DNA from: Candidatus Magasanikiibacteriota bacterium
GTDB taxonomy: Bacteria > Patescibacteriota > Patescibacteriia > Magasanikbacterales > GWA2-37-8
Reading direction: 5' to 3'
Length of the DNA stretch: 57,772 nt
Assembly (NCBI GenBank): GCA_017991415.1
Contig: JAGOQR010000001.1
Coordinates: 1-57,772 of the forward strand
Position 1 is the first letter of the stretch, and each line of letters begins with the position of its first letter. Shown here one piece after another: positions 20,967-28,544 of the stretch. The notes beneath the pieces are model-generated. The model was not told the DNA's origin and searched no databases. It worked only from the letters and a program-made list of their open reading frames with translations. The position numbers and the translations under genes were made by a program.

Positions 20967-22463
20967 CTATTTTTTAAACTGTCCGCATGCGTCTTTGAGT
21001 TCAGTTTCAATTTCTTTATCCCATTCCCCTGCTTCAATTTTGGCAAGCAGCGCTCCTTTTGATTTTTCCAAGAAGGCATGGAAACCATTCTCCCATTCTT
21101 TAATATCTTTTACAGCTACGTTATTGGTTAAGCCGTTGCTTACCGCATAAATAATGGCAACTTGTTGCGCAACGGAAACTGGTTGGTACTGAGGCTGTTT
21201 TAATACTTCCACTAATCGCTGGCCAAGATCAATTTGATTTTTAGTCTCTGCATCAAGATCACTTGAGAATTGAGCAAACGCTTCCATTTCACGGAACTGA
21301 GCCATAGCAAGTTTTAATTTACCAGCTACTTTTTTCATTGGCTTGATTTGAGCGGCACCACCAACACGAGACACAGAGATACCAACATTTAAAGCAGGAC
21401 GGATACCTTTATAGAACAAATCTGTTTCTAAGAAAATCTGACCATCGGTAATAGAAATTACGTTTGTTGGAATATAGGCAGAAATATCGCCAGCCTGAGT
21501 TTCGATAATAGGAAGTGCGGTAATAGAACCTCCGCCAGATTCTTTGTTGCGTCGGCAAGCACGTTCGAGTAAACGAGAATGCAAATAGAACACATCACCA
21601 GGATAAGCTTCGCGACCTGGAGGTCTGCGTAAAAGCAAAGAAATTTCTCGATATGCCCAAGCTTGCTTGGTCAAGTCATCGTAAACACACAAAACATCCT
21701 TGCCTTTGTCCATAAAGTATTCGGCCATTGCCACACCTGAATACGGAGCAATATAAGACATGGCGGCTGGCTGAGATGCGCCGGCTACAACTACAATTGT
21801 ATACTCCATTGCACCAGCTTCCTTTAGTTTGGCTACGATACGAGCCACTTTAGATTCTTTCTGACCCACAGCTACGTATACACAGATAATGTCTTTGCCT
21901 TTCTGGTTAATGATCGCATCAATTGCTACTGCAGTTTTACCCGTTTGACGGTCACCGATAATAAGCTCGCGTTGGCCACGACCAATTGGAATAAGCGCAT
22001 CGATAGCCTTAATACCAGTTTGAAGCGGCTGAGTTACCGGTTCTCTGGTCATTACCCCTGGCGCAACTTTTTCAATTGGATAAAATTTACCAGTTTTAAT
22101 TTCTTTGCCACCATCAATAGCTTGGCCTAACGGGTTTACAACACGGCCAACTAGCTCGTCTCCGACTGGTACAGATAAAATTCTACTTGTTCTTTTTACA
22201 ACATCACCCTCTTTGATATGTTTATACTCACCAAGCAACACACAACCTACTGTCTCTTCTTCAAGGTTTAAAGCCAAACCATAGGTAATATTGGCTCCAC
22301 TTCCAAATTCTAACATCTCACTTGCCTGACAATTACTAAGACCTGAAATACGAGCGATACCATCACCAATTTCAATAACTTTACCCGTTTCTTCTTTTTC
22401 AGTTTCTTTGTGAAAAGAAGCAATATTTTTTCTGATTTCTTCAACAATATTATTTGTGGACAT
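20967..22463 (-). CDS. atpA: F1 ATP synthase alpha subunit
   Basis: 498 aa with P-loop GDRQTGKT and overall alpha-subunit signature. Confidence 0.97.
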   Translation of the reverse strand: MSTNNIVEEIRKNIASFHKETEKEETGKVIEIGDGIARISGLSNCQASEMLEFGSGANITYGLALNLEEETVGCVLLGEYKHIKEGDVVKRTSRILSVPVGDELVGRVVNPLGQAIDGGKEIKTGKFYPIEKVAPGVMTREPVTQPLQTGIKAIDALIPIGRGQRELIIGDRQTGKTAVAIDAIINQKGKDIICVYVAVGQKESKVARIVAKLKEAGAMEYTIVVVAGASQPAAMSYIAPYSGVAMAEYFMDKGKDVLCVYDDLTKQAWAYREISLLLRRPPGREAYPGDVFYLHSRLLERACRRNKESGGGSITALPIIETQAGDISAYIPTNVISITDGQIFLETDLFYKGIRPALNVGISVSRVGGAAQIKPMKKVAGKLKLAMAQFREMEAFAQFSSDLDAETKNQIDLGQRLVEVLKQPQYQPVSVAQQVAIIYAVSNGLTNNVAVKDIKEWENGFHAFLEKSKGALLAKIEAGEWDKEIETELKDACGQFKK

Positions 22464-22474
22464 ATATATTTTAG

Positions 22475-22864
22475 TTATACCTGTAAGGATTTTTTTAATT
22501 TATTTAGTTGCGTTTTTAAACTTGCATCATAGACCGTGTCATCAACTGTTATTTTCATTCCTCCAAGTACATCCTTGTTAATCGTATTACTTACTTCTGC
22601 AGTCTGACCAAATATTTTTTTTATTTTTTCAATTACGTTTTCGTTTACTTTTTGGACAGACTCTATTTCGATAGTTTTTATGCCAGACTGTTTTTTAGAA
22701 TACCTGATAAACTCTTCTATGATATATTCGATCTTTTTTATTTTATTATTTTTTTGTAAGACTAAAAAGAATTGTTTTATTACTTCTGGCAAGTTTTTTT
22801 CTGGTAGCCCTTTCGTAACTTCGTATAGGGCTTTGGCAAATTGTAAGTTTGTTTTCTTTTTCAT
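22475..22864 (-). CDS. atpH: F1 ATP synthase delta (OSCP) subunit, short form
   Basis: 129 aa with the C-terminal OSCP-like motif [22 protein letters not shown]. It sits between atpF and atpA. Confidence 0.75.
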   Translation of the reverse strand: MKKKTNLQFAKALYEVTKGLPEKNLPEVIKQFFLVLQKNNKIKKIEYIIEEFIRYSKKQSGIKTIEIESVQKVNENVIEKIKKIFGQTAEVSNTINKDVLGGMKITVDDTVYDASLKTQLNKLKKSLQV

Positions 22865-22923
22865 ATTCGAATTGAGTGGGCCAGATCTTTAACTTATTTA
22901 AATATTTGCGTATGTTAAAAAAT

Positions 22924-23544
22924 TTATTTCATGTTTTTTATAGCCTCTTCGATTATTTTGTTGTCTGAAGCTACATCAACCTTGGTACCCAAGATTTTTT
23001 CTGTAGCAGCCACAATGAGGCTAGCGGTTTGCGCTTTAATCTCATTAACAGATTCATCACGTTCGCTTTTAATATTTTTTCTAGCTTGTTCTACCAAAAC
23101 TTCTATATCTTTTTTTGTTTTTTCTTTTGTCGCTTCGGCTACGGCCACAGACTCTACCTGAGCTTTTTCTATAATTTTATTGGCATCTACTTTGGCTTGA
23201 TCAATTTTTTCTTGGTATTTTTTTTCACTCATACCAAGGTTGGTTTCAATTTTTTTGGCGTTATCGATACTATCATCGATCATTTTTTGTCTCTCGGCCA
23301 TTTTTTTGGTAAGTGGTTTGAGAATTAAAAACCACAAAATAAGGACGACTAACGCAAAGTTTACAAACTGAAAAGCAAAAAGAGTTCCGTTTATACCAAG
23401 GGAGGCCAATACTCCTTCTTCGGAGCTAGTTTCGTGCGTGGCTGTTTCGGTGGCGTAGGTAATATTTGTAAACATAGTGATTATCAATACGTAACTTAGT
23501 TGTTTGAAAAATAATTTTGTCAGGCTGGACCTTGTACAAGCCAA
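22924..23544 (-). CDS. atpF: Fo ATP synthase b subunit
   Basis: One TM helix (FVNFALVVLILWFLILKPL) followed by a long charged helix. The ORF starts at a TTG, and an alternative ATG lies at 23475. Confidence 0.8.
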   Translation of the reverse strand: MACTRSSLTKLFFKQLSYVLIITMFTNITYATETATHETSSEEGVLASLGINGTLFAFQFVNFALVVLILWFLILKPLTKKMAERQKMIDDSIDNAKKIETNLGMSEKKYQEKIDQAKVDANKIIEKAQVESVAVAEATKEKTKKDIEVLVEQARKNIKSERDESVNEIKAQTASLIVAATEKILGTKVDVASDNKIIEEAIKNMK

Positions 23545-23562
23545 GATCCAGTCGATAAAAAA

Positions 23563-23784
23563 TTACTTTAAAGTGAACACTACTACAAGTGCGTAGATAG
23601 CGATAGCTTCGGCAAAAGCAGCGCCGAGCAACATCGGTACAAACAATTTATCAGAAGCTTCTGGATTGCGTCCGATAGCTTCCATAGCCTTTGAAACTAA
23701 ACTTCCGATTGCCACAGCTGGGGCAATACCTCCGATAGCCATAGTAAGACCCTTGGCTAAAATGATAATGGATTCGTGTTCCAT
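23563..23784 (-). CDS. atpE: Fo ATP synthase c subunit
   Basis: 73-aa helical hairpin with the carboxylate motif GAAFAEAIAIYALV. Confidence 0.93.
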   Translation of the reverse strand: MEHESIIILAKGLTMAIGGIAPAVAIGSLVSKAMEAIGRNPEASDKLFVPMLLGAAFAEAIAIYALVVVFTLK

Positions 23785-23905
23785 AATATTTTTACCTTTC
23801 TGATATTAACGCCGGTTGAGGAGGGTTGGGAATTTCACCTCGCGGGTAATATCTTAATTAATAAGCTCGCTAACTAGTTCGATTACGAAATAATTAGCCA
23901 ACCTA

Positions 23906-24694
23906 CTAATGCTTTTCTTTGGCATGGCCGTGTGGTTTGGTTGTTAATACGGTAAGGTATACCAGTGTTAACATCGTAAATACACTTGCCTGAATAATAC
24001 CTACTAAAATTTCTAACATCATAAATGGTGCTGGAACAAGCAAAGCGGCGATACTGCTTATTACAGAAATTAAAACTTCGCCAGCAAAAACATTTCCAAA
24101 TAATCTAAGTGACAGCGATAGTACTTTGGCCATTTCACTTACTATTTCGATAAGACCAACTGCTAATTCTACAATAGCGGTAAAAATTGCCACCGGGCCT
24201 TTGGTAAGACTTTTGAAAAAAGTACCAATCTGAACAAATTTATTTAAGTGGGTAAAAATACCTACCGTAAATAGACCAAAAATATGTGAGGCAACTACAG
24301 AAACAAGAGCCATAGCTACAGTAAGATTGAGGTCTGTATTGGCTGGACGAAGAAGCGGTGCTCCGCCTATAGTAATACTACCTGTGCCTGGTAAAAGACC
24401 GAGCCAGTTTGATAATAAGATAAAGAAAAAGAGGGAGCCGACAATTGGTAAAAATTGAATAGTCTTTTTACGGTCGCCTGTCACCTGATCGAAGTAAACA
24501 AATAATTTTTCTAAGAAGAATTCTATAAAATTTTGAATTTTGGTTGGTTTTAATTTTATTTTTTTTCTCAAAACAAGCCCGAGGATTAAAAAGATTCCTA
24601 TTGCTAACCATGTATTTATCATGGTGTTAGTAATAGGAAACTTTCCAATATGGAGTATGGTTTCTGGTGCAAGAGTTGGGATATGTAATTCCAT
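23906..24694 (-). CDS. atpB: Fo ATP synthase a subunit
   Basis: Polytopic protein with the conserved LSLSLRLFGNVFAGE region. I moved the start to ATG 24694 (MELHIPTL...) because the longer ORF, reaching 24841, overlaps atpI. Confidence 0.88.
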   Translation of the reverse strand: MELHIPTLAPETILHIGKFPITNTMINTWLAIGIFLILGLVLRKKIKLKPTKIQNFIEFFLEKLFVYFDQVTGDRKKTIQFLPIVGSLFFFILLSNWLGLLPGTGSITIGGAPLLRPANTDLNLTVAMALVSVVASHIFGLFTVGIFTHLNKFVQIGTFFKSLTKGPVAIFTAIVELAVGLIEIVSEMAKVLSLSLRLFGNVFAGEVLISVISSIAALLVPAPFMMLEILVGIIQASVFTMLTLVYLTVLTTKPHGHAKEKH

Positions 24695-24719
24695 AATCAC
24701 GAGTGGTAAATAAGAAAAT

Positions 24720-25004
24720 TTATTTATTTTTTTCTTCTGATCCTGGATTTTTCCCAGCATCATTAAGTTTTTTGTATTCTGCGCCGTATTCTTGAGCTTT
24801 TTTGTGAATAATTTTGGCAGAAATGAGTGCGGCGAAAACAAAACCTAAAATTGTAAATAACGGAGATGAATTACGTGTTTTGTCTGCGTACTGCCCTATC
24901 ATTACAAGAACCACCACTGGCACAGCGATAGAAGCACCAAAATTACTGATTATTTTGAGCGCTAAAATGTAATAGTCTCTGCTTGTTGGTTTCTGATTTT
25001 CCAT
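24720..25004 (-). CDS. atpI: AtpI/AtpZ-like small membrane protein
   Basis: Two-TM protein at the head of the atp operon. I placed the start at ATG 25004 (MENQKP...) because the predicted promoter's -10 ends 1 nt from the ATG at 25028. Confidence 0.55.
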   Translation of the reverse strand: MENQKPTSRDYYILALKIISNFGASIAVPVVVLVMIGQYADKTRNSSPLFTILGFVFAALISAKIIHKKAQEYGAEYKKLNDAGKNPGSEEKNK

Positions 25005-25029
25005 ATAACAATTAACAAAGAACGCCATT

Positions 25030-25058
25030 ATTTTACATATTTTTTTTCATAAAGTCAA
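25030..25058 (-). promoter_or_regulatory. sigma70-type promoter of the atp operon
   Basis: The minus strand reads TTGACT, a 17-nt spacer, then TAAAAT. Confidence 0.6.
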
Positions 25059-25077
25059 CCCCTCCCAAAAATTCTTG

Positions 25078-25106
25078 TTGACAAAATTTTTTATATACTG
25101 CTTAAT
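25078..25106 (+). promoter_or_regulatory. candidate promoter P1 of island ORF1, divergent from the atp promoter
   Basis: TTGACA (25078-25083), a 17-nt spacer, then CTTAAT (25101-25106). Confidence 0.4.
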
Positions 25107-25135
25107 GAACTAAATTTATCAAGGAGCTGTTGGCT

Positions 25136-25378
25136 ATGCCCGTAAAAAAACGGCGTCCAAAAGCTTCTTTTGATACTACTCAAGAAGCTCCACTGCCCCC
25201 GGCTACCCCAGAGGTTCTGCCAGAAGAGGAGCCTTTTGACTTGGCAGCAGAGGCTGCCGCGCTCATTCCCCAAGCCACTCAACGGCTTTTTCCACCTGAT
25301 ACTGTTACGACAGAGACAAAATACCAAGATCTCTATCAAGTAGCTGCAGGCAGAGTCTGGCCAAAGCTCAAGCCGTAG
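25136..25378 (+). CDS. island ORF1: 80-aa Pro/Ala/Glu-rich hypothetical protein
   Basis: AAGGAG lies 9 nt upstream of ATG 25136. The ORF has intermediate GC, reads MPVKKRRPKASFDTTQEAPLPPATPEVLPEEEPFDL..., and has no recognisable motif. Confidence 0.4.
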   Translation: MPVKKRRPKASFDTTQEAPLPPATPEVLPEEEPFDLAAEAAALIPQATQRLFPPDTVTTETKYQDLYQVAAGRVWPKLKP

Positions 25379-25429
25379 AGAAGAACAATCTGGCCGCTTT
25401 GGGCGTTTGCGAAAATAACGCCCCCAAAC

Positions 25430-25459
25430 AAAAATAGCTTTTTCAAGGCTATTTTTGTT
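25430..25459 (+). terminator. AT-rich intrinsic terminator after ORF1
   Basis: AAAATAGC pairs with GCTATTTT around a 9-nt loop and is followed by a TGTTT run. A GGGCGTT/AACGCCC hairpin lies upstream at 25400-25422. Confidence 0.45.
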
Positions 25460-25526
25460 TATGTGGATTTATTTTGGCTAATTATACATAAAAATAGACT
25501 AATCATAAGTATTTAGTCTAGAAAGT

Positions 25527-25555
25527 ATTGACAAAAAGAGGTTTATGAGATATAT
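25527..25555 (+). promoter_or_regulatory. candidate promoter P2 of island ORF2
   Basis: TTGACA (25527-25532), a 17-nt spacer, then TATATT (25550-25555). Confidence 0.55.
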
Positions 25556-25586
25556 TGAGTTGTTCTTTAACAAATTACAGTAGTCT

Positions 25587-25623
25587 AGGGGAAATAAAGC
25601 GTTATCTTAGCGCTTTATTTCCC
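25587..25623 (+). promoter_or_regulatory. perfect 14-bp stem-loop in the ORF2 leader
   Basis: GGGGAAATAAAGCG, loop ttatcttag, CGCTTTATTTCCCC. It lies between P2 and the AAGGAGG site and has no U-tract after it. Confidence 0.6.
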
Positions 25624-25704
25624 CTTAGGTTACTCAAACCAATTCCCGTGCACCCCAAGGGGAGCACACACACCAATTTCACTGGCCAAGGAGGCAAAAT
25701 CCCG

Positions 25705-26256
25705 ATGGAGCACGTGATTGTTAACACTACCCATGGAAACTCCCGTGGGTACAGCCGTGTCGCCCTGTGTAAGCGCAGACTAGGCTGTTGTAGAGAAGGG
25801 TCTCACTTCCATGTGGAGAACTACTCGAGCGCTAGCGCTCGGAGTCCGTTCTCTCAGTCGGGTCCCTTCACCTGCTGTGACGACGCATTCGACGAGATCC
25901 AAGAAGCCCCGTGCGCGACGCGCGAACAGCAGATGCAGGCCGTTCTGGATGCGATGAACGCGGGCACCCTCCCGTTGAAGGAGGATGACCTCGACCGAAT
26001 CTTCAACGAGCCTGAGAATGGCTTCATGGTGGCTGAGGGTATGGAAAAGCTCGCCTCCATTCACGAGCTCTTGATGATGGAGAAGCTCTACGATGCGGCT
26101 CCTACCGACAAGCTCGTCGCCACGGAAGAAGTCGTCGGTGTGACCGACGACGATGACGACGGCTTCCCGGAGATCTCCGTCGAAGAACCTCCTCCCGTCC
26201 GCCGTCGAAACCCGCAGCCCGCGATCACCGCGAGCGGCGAGATCAGCGCCAGCTGA
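25705..26256 (+). CDS. island ORF2: 183-aa acidic hypothetical protein (high GC)
   Basis: AAGGAGG lies 10 nt upstream of ATG 25705, and third codon positions are strongly G/C in this frame. The sequence reads MEHVIVNTTHG...DDDDDGFPEISVEEPPPVRRRNPQP..., with no recognisable motif. Confidence 0.6.
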   Translation: MEHVIVNTTHGNSRGYSRVALCKRRLGCCREGSHFHVENYSSASARSPFSQSGPFTCCDDAFDEIQEAPCATREQQMQAVLDAMNAGTLPLKEDDLDRIFNEPENGFMVAEGMEKLASIHELLMMEKLYDAAPTDKLVATEEVVGVTDDDDDGFPEISVEEPPPVRRRNPQPAITASGEISAS

Positions 26257-26262
26257 TGGAAC

Positions 26263-26284
26263 GAGCTGCAATACGTTGCAGCTC
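26263..26284 (+). other. 9-bp stem with tetraloop immediately after the ORF2 stop
   Basis: GAGCTGCAA, loop tacg, TTGCAGCTC. Confidence 0.5.
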
Positions 26285-26315
26285 AAGAAGCCAGTGCTCG
26301 GTGAACAAGAAGTAC

Positions 26316-26383
26316 AAGTTCGCCGTCGCACAATCTTTGTAAAAGATACTTTGATATCATATACAAAGATTGGCGGCGAACTT
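26316..26383 (+). other. 68-nt interrupted hairpin (10 + 11 bp) spanning the GC-rich to AT-rich transition
   Basis: AAGTTCGCCG pairs with CGGCGAACTT, and CAATCTTTGTA pairs with TACAAAGATTG. The 20-nt apical loop contains TGATATCA. Confidence 0.5.
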
Positions 26384-26406
26384 CGTTAAAGAACAAAACA
26401 TATAAC

Positions 26407-26440
26407 AAAAAACTACGTTTAAACACGTGGTTTTTTGTTT
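26407..26440 (+). terminator. intrinsic terminator (A-tract, stem, U-tract; potentially bidirectional)
   Basis: AAAAAACTACGT, loop ttaaac, ACGTGGTTTTTT, forming 12 bp including one G-U pair. Confidence 0.6.
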
Positions 26441-26451
26441 GCTTACGAGTA

Positions 26452-26480
26452 TTGACTTTTTAGCTAAAATATAGTAAGTT
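26452..26480 (+). promoter_or_regulatory. candidate promoter P3 of island ORF3 (leaderless geometry)
   Basis: TTGACT (26452-26457), a 17-nt spacer, then TAAGTT (26475-26480). ATG 26487 lies 7 nt after the -10 element. Confidence 0.35.
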
Positions 26481-26486
26481 TTTTTT

Positions 26487-26663
26487 ATGCAAAAACGCAA
26501 ACCAAGCTCTTTCATGAAACTCTGCGATGACATGTTCGTCGCGGGAACGCTCTTCGGTGGCGCGGTCATGGAGATCGCGCTCAAGAAGTGGGACGCCTGG
26601 AGGGCAAACAAGGATCGCCATCGCCGCGTCGTCCGCAACAAGTACCCCCAGCACCACTCCTAA
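26487..26663 (+). CDS. island ORF3: 58-aa small protein with one hydrophobic stretch and a basic tail, below the ORF-track cutoff
   Basis: Hand translation gives MQKRKPSSFMKLCDDMFVAGTLFGGAVMEIALKKWDAWRANKDRHRRVVRNKYPQHHS*. G/C is enriched at third codon positions. Confidence 0.4.
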   Translation: MQKRKPSSFMKLCDDMFVAGTLFGGAVMEIALKKWDAWRANKDRHRRVVRNKYPQHHS

Positions 26664-26689
26664 CGTGGGCCAGTAGCCCTCATGCCAGT

Positions 26690-26709
26690 GAGAAGTCAAC
26701 CGACTTCTC
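26690..26709 (+). other. 8-bp hairpin downstream of ORF3
   Basis: GAGAAGTC, loop aacc, GACTTCTC. A T-run follows at about 26757-26770. Confidence 0.4.
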
Positions 26710-26827
26710 GACCGTACGACCTCACAGTGCCGCCAGCGGCCAACGAGGTTGTGCGGGTTTTTTATTTTTATTTGATTACTATTTTTAAATATGTTAGCCT
26801 TAAATCCAAAGGGAGGCACTTCCAGCT

Positions 26828-27046
26828 ATGATCGGCAAACTTCTCTCCAAGGTCGGAATCCTCAAAGAGTTCTACGATCTCCTTACTCCGACGATGATTG
26901 CTCAGATCATCTTCGGAACAATTCTCTCGCTGAGCTTGCTGGCTGGTATGATCGCGACCATACCCTTCAGCCTACCGCTCTTCCTGGGCTACATCTTGCT
27001 GGAGTACTACCGACAAGACAAGGGGGCGCTTCGCTCGTACGTCTGA
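26828..27046 (+). CDS. island ORF4: 72-aa two-TM small membrane protein
   Basis: GGGAGG lies 11 nt upstream of the ATG. The protein reads MIGKLLSKVGILKEFYDLLTPTMIAQIIFGTILSLSLLAGMIATIPFSLPLFLGYILLEYYRQDKGALRSYV, with G/C-rich third codon positions. Confidence 0.6.
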   Translation: MIGKLLSKVGILKEFYDLLTPTMIAQIIFGTILSLSLLAGMIATIPFSLPLFLGYILLEYYRQDKGALRSYV

Positions 27047-27112
27047 AGACACTTCCATGGTCTACCCAAGCTGCAACCACACGTCGCGGCCACGGCCTGG
27101 ACACTTCGGCTT

Positions 27113-27143
27113 GCTCTGCCAACACTGGCAGAGCGCTTTTTTT
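27113..27143 (+). terminator. canonical rho-independent terminator closing island 1
   Basis: GCTCTGCCA, loop acac, TGGCAGAGC, followed by GCTTTTTTT. The T-run abuts the tatD stop codon. Confidence 0.8.
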
Positions 27144-27996
27144 AAAGTGAAATATTAAATAATTTTTGAGCGTTTTGAGTAGTCGCTACTTCGGCATCTA
27201 AAAAAGAAATATTTTTTAATTCGGCAATTTTTCTAATGGTATGTTCTACCATAGGCGGTTCACACCGCTGTCCTCTAAATGGAATTGGCGCCAAATATGG
27301 TGAGTCTGTTTCTACGACGATTCTTTCTAAAGGAATGTTTTTTACAGCTTCAAGTAAATCTGTCTGATTTTGCGGATTACTTTTTTTGGGAGGAAATGTT
27401 ATTACGCCAGTAAATCCAATGCATAGCCCTAGATCTAAATATTGCTTGGCAAAAAACCAATTACCTGTATAGCAATGCACGGTGCCGCGAACAGATTTAT
27501 TACCATACTCTGCCATTAACTCTTTAAGCAAATCTATCATTTCTTGATGAGCTTCACGGACATGAATTACCAAAGCAACGCCCAACTCTTGGGCTAATTT
27601 ATATTGTAGTGTAAAAGTTTTTTTCTGCTTCTCTAAGACTTCTTCAACGGTTTTGCCTTCAGGCAACCGATATAAATCGAGTCCGCACTCCCCCACTGCA
27701 ATTACTTTTTTGCTTTGCCCTAATTTTTTATAATACTCATAATCAAAATCTTCCTCTCTGGACAAAAAACTACTCTCTTCTTCGTCAATATGAGTAGAAA
27801 ATAAATGGACGGGATGCAAGCCGATACTGGCGTAGGTAAACGGAAATCGTTCGGCCATCTCTACCCCTGCTCGACTTGTATCTTTTTGAGTACCAACCAG
27901 ATTTAAGATCATGTTTTTTTCTCCGCATTTTTTCACTACTTCTTCGGCATCATTTTTGAAACCATTAAATTGAACATGGCAATGAGTGTCAAACAT
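27142..27996 (-). CDS. tatD: TatD-family metal-dependent hydrolase/DNase
   Basis: 284 aa with N-terminal MFDTHCHVQF (HxH) and the conserved GECGLD, H.R. and ETDSPY motifs. Confidence 0.9.
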   Translation of the reverse strand: MFDTHCHVQFNGFKNDAEEVVKKCGEKNMILNLVGTQKDTSRAGVEMAERFPFTYASIGLHPVHLFSTHIDEEESSFLSREEDFDYEYYKKLGQSKKVIAVGECGLDLYRLPEGKTVEEVLEKQKKTFTLQYKLAQELGVALVIHVREAHQEMIDLLKELMAEYGNKSVRGTVHCYTGNWFFAKQYLDLGLCIGFTGVITFPPKKSNPQNQTDLLEAVKNIPLERIVVETDSPYLAPIPFRGQRCEPPMVEHTIRKIAELKNISFLDAEVATTQNAQKLFNISL

Positions 27997-28003
27997 AAAA
28001 AAA

Positions 28004-28528
28004 CTATAATAGATTATCTACAGTGCTATGCAAAATTCTGAGGGCTTCTGGGAACAGAGGGATTAATATAGAAGCAAAACGGACAAGTGGTGGCGCAACG
28101 TGAGACTGAGCTAAACCTTCCATAAAAGGAAGGCTAATAGGAAAACGAGCAATAAAAAATAGCGAAATACCAATAACGACTGCTCCCTCAAGCAAACCAA
28201 AGACAAAACCCAAAATTCTATCTATACCGCTTAAAAATGGCAGTCTTGTAAAGATGGAGAGTATTTTTTCGAGTAGCCAAAAAACAAAGCCAACAAGTCT
28301 GGTAATTAATAAAAAGGAAACTATAAAGACAATTACCTTAACATGGTTTTGACTCCAGCCAGAGAATCCTATGACCCAATTTGCCAAAGGTTCGTAGTAG
28401 CGGCTTGCAACATAAACACCAACCACTGTGCCGATAAGCGAACCAATAGTACGCACCAGTCCAAACCAAAGGCCGAACAAACCAAAACCAGCAATAAGAA
28501 CGAGAAGCGATATGTCAAAAATAGACAT
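28004..28528 (-). CDS. cvpA: CvpA-family membrane protein
   Basis: 174 aa with 4 TM helices. The size and N-terminal pattern (DISLLVLIAGFGLFGLWFGLVR) are typical of CvpA. Confidence 0.6.
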   Translation of the reverse strand: MSIFDISLLVLIAGFGLFGLWFGLVRTIGSLIGTVVGVYVASRYYEPLANWVIGFSGWSQNHVKVIVFIVSFLLITRLVGFVFWLLEKILSIFTRLPFLSGIDRILGFVFGLLEGAVVIGISLFFIARFPISLPFMEGLAQSHVAPPLVRFASILIPLFPEALRILHSTVDNLL

Positions 28529-28544
28529 AAAGGTTATGAATTAA

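Noticed and set aside
24695-25028. N-terminal extensions of atpB (to 24841) and atpI (to 25028).
   Set aside because: The atpB extension overlaps atpI in another frame and its sequence is not membrane-like. The ATG at 25028 sits 1 nt from the promoter's -10 element, so it is probably not transcribed.
25555-25704. The longer 233-aa version of island ORF2, starting at 25555.
   Set aside because: That start is a TTG overlapping the predicted -10 element (25550-25555), so it would not be in the mRNA. The extension would also translate through the 14-bp leader hairpin. A strong AAGGAGG precedes the ATG at 25705.
26316-26390. An integron attC site as the identity of the long hairpin after ORF2, with island 1 as a cassette array.
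   Set aside because: No RYYYAAC or GTTRRRY core sites fit; the nearby GTTAAAG fails the final pyrimidine. There is no intI gene. The ORFs also carry their own promoters, unlike typical cassettes.
25780-26819. Long ORFs on the minus strand or in other frames within island 1 (25780-26331, 25854-26060, 26153-26389, 26357-26641, 26460-26819, 26588-26788, 26791-27150).
   Set aside because: GC-rich DNA generates stop-free frames by chance. These ORFs lack ribosome-binding sites, run through hairpins and terminators, and do not carry the third-position G/C bias seen in the chosen plus-strand frames.
25060-27145. Simple metagenomic assembly chimera as the full explanation of the GC-rich islands.
   Set aside because: GC-rich and AT-rich segments alternate every few hundred bases. 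Functional signals (RBS, promoters, terminators) are positioned correctly relative to the GC-rich ORFs, and both sides of island 1 are native sequence. It still needs read-level confirmation, so I have kept it as a check rather than a conclusion.
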